Origin: a virus
Lineage: Duplodnaviria; Heunggongvirae; Uroviricota; Caudoviricetes
Reading direction: 5' to 3' (one strand)
Virus record (IMG/VR): IMGVR_UViG_2585427789_000018
DNA length: 5,080 nucleotides
Shown here: positions 3,923 through 5,080 of the stretch, piece after piece
Position numbering within the stretch: the stretch's first letter is position 1
Layout: each line of letters opens with the position of its first letter
The notes under the pieces: generated by a model
Told to the model about the DNA's origin: nothing
Databases searched by the model: none
What the model saw: only the letters and a program-made list of their open reading frames with translations
Made by a program: the position numbers and the translations under genes

Positions 3923-5080
3923 CATAAGCGCTAACTTAAGGGTTGAACCATCTGAAGAATGCGACGCCTCGGTGCCTCGTTAAGACGATGCCTCGCGTTC
4001 TTCAATTGCGTTTTGTAGGCTGTCAGGGATACTGTCCCACGAATGGCCACCTGTAAGCTCCAGATGACCATTTTTGTTATTCTCCACAACGAGTTAGTTC
4101 TTCTTTTCGGATCCGGCACTTCTGGGGGGGAAATCCAGCGATGGCTGGATTATGTCGTCAATTAAAAATGCGGCGAGTAGATTAGCAAATATCCACGCTT
4201 TCGCGAGTTCAGGTTCCTTTGCACGCAAAGCATCCAGGTGCAGCAAACTTTTGAGCCGCTTAAAAGCCAGTTCAATTTGCCATCGCAGACGGTAACAATC
4301 AGCCACTTGCTCTGCTGAATATTCATCTTCCGGTAATGATGTTAGCAATAGCACATGGCCCGCTGCTTCCAGCGTTTCCGCCTGAACTACTCGTCCTTTT
4401 CGACGATTCTCGCTGAGCAGTCGGGTTTTACTGATTAATGCTTTTTCGGGAGGAAGTGATACGGCAATGAGACGTGCCGGAAAGGGAGCTCCGGCTTTTT
4501 TATTACCTGAATTGCCTATCATTACAGTGGTTTCACCGTTCTTACCGCAATCCAGCCCGCGCAGAAAACCCATCATGTCAAAGCGCATTCCTTCTGCAGT
4601 TAACCAGCGCAATCCTCGCCAGTGAACCCGGACGATATAATCAGCTTCTCCAAAAGCAAGTGAGCGGATACATTCGGGACGCGAACCGAATCCCCGGTCA
4701 GCAATGCGTATCTCGTCTGCCGTTTGCGCAAATCGGTCCAGCCGTTCAGCGTCTCTGCTGTCGGTTAGCTCAAAATCAGTGAACTGACAGGTATGAGGAT
4801 CATATCCCATATGTAGTCGCCATTCAGCGCTGCCGCCCCCGGGCGCACTGATTGCTGTTCCATCGACAAGACGCAATCTCTTTCCGCTTGTACAACCCGT
4901 AACTGCGGCGCGTACAGCAAGTGTTTGTGCGGCAAGTATGCCAAACCAGTCGGCGGCATTCCGCAGCCGCTTCAGGAGAGCCACGTCAGATAATGTTGCA
5001 ACGTCATGGAGCTGAGCCCATGCAGTGACTTCACGTAATGACATCCCCCCGGGGCCGTAAGCCAGCCCCAGACGTAGCAG
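3923..5080 (-). mobile_element. IS186 (IS4 family), right-hand ~1.16 kb; the element continues past the window end
   Basis: The terminus at 3923 reads CATAAGCGCTAACTTAAGGGTTG, which matches my recollection of the IS186 terminal inverted repeat. The internal ORF matches IS186 transposase. The flanking target is G-rich (CGGGGATTTGCTCC), as IS186 prefers. Confidence 0.85.
4094..5080 (-). CDS. insL: IS186 transposase (InsL-like, IS4 family), partial; the N-terminal ~54 aa lie beyond the window
   Basis: The minus-strand frame is open from the window edge to the stop at 4094-4096. The translation (...GPGGMSLREVTAWAQLHDVATLSDVALLKRLRNAADWFG...IDDIIQPSLDFPPRSAGSEKKN) matches the IS186 transposase as I remember it. 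Confidence 0.85.
   Translation of the reverse strand: MLRLGLAYGPGGMSLREVTAWAQLHDVATLSDVALLKRLRNAADWFGILAAQTLAVRAAVTGCTSGKRLRLVDGTAISAPGGGSAEWRLHMGYDPHTCQFTDFELTDSRDAERLDRFAQTADEIRIADRGFGSRPECIRSLAFGEADYIVRVHWRGLRWLTAEGMRFDMMGFLRGLDCGKNGETTVMIGNSGNKKAGAPFPARLIAVSLPPEKALISKTRLLSENRRKGRVVQAETLEAAGHVLLLTSLPEDEYSAEQVADCYRLRWQIELAFKRLKSLLHLDALRAKEPELAKAWIFANLLAAFLIDDIIQPSLDFPPRSAGSEKKN

Noticed and set aside
3931-4959. ORFs of 62, 102 and 64 aa inside IS186
   Set aside because: They are off-frame or antisense within the IS186 transposase gene and its terminal region, and are not independent genes. The 62-aa one matters only for the homopolymer-slip finding.

Overview
This window looks like a decayed, mosaic P2-like prophage segment, most likely from E. 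coli or a close relative (an IS186 copy is present). I do not see an intact multi-gene system that is clearly novel. Left to right: a start-less 3' fragment of a tail-module gene (138-506); an intact gpU-like tail gene (520-978); a ~640-bp AT-rich islet (about 1013-1640) with hairpin/A-tract terminators, promoter-like hexamers and tiny ORFs; a degenerate second copy of the gpU 3' end with its terminator (1641-1790); a 5'-truncated large-terminase fragment joined by TGATG to an intact portal gene (2302-3351); a ~570-bp non-coding stretch dense in palindromes and 10-bp-phased repeats (3352-3922); and the right-hand ~1.16 kb of IS186 running off the window (3923-5080), with its transposase on the minus strand. 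No tRNA, rRNA or CRISPR array is evident. The most interesting material is the small-RNA/small-ORF structure in the AT-rich islet, the repeat-rich portal-proximal region, and the rearrangement history. All family assignments come from reading the translated ORFs and DNA against remembered family features; no database search or computation was possible.
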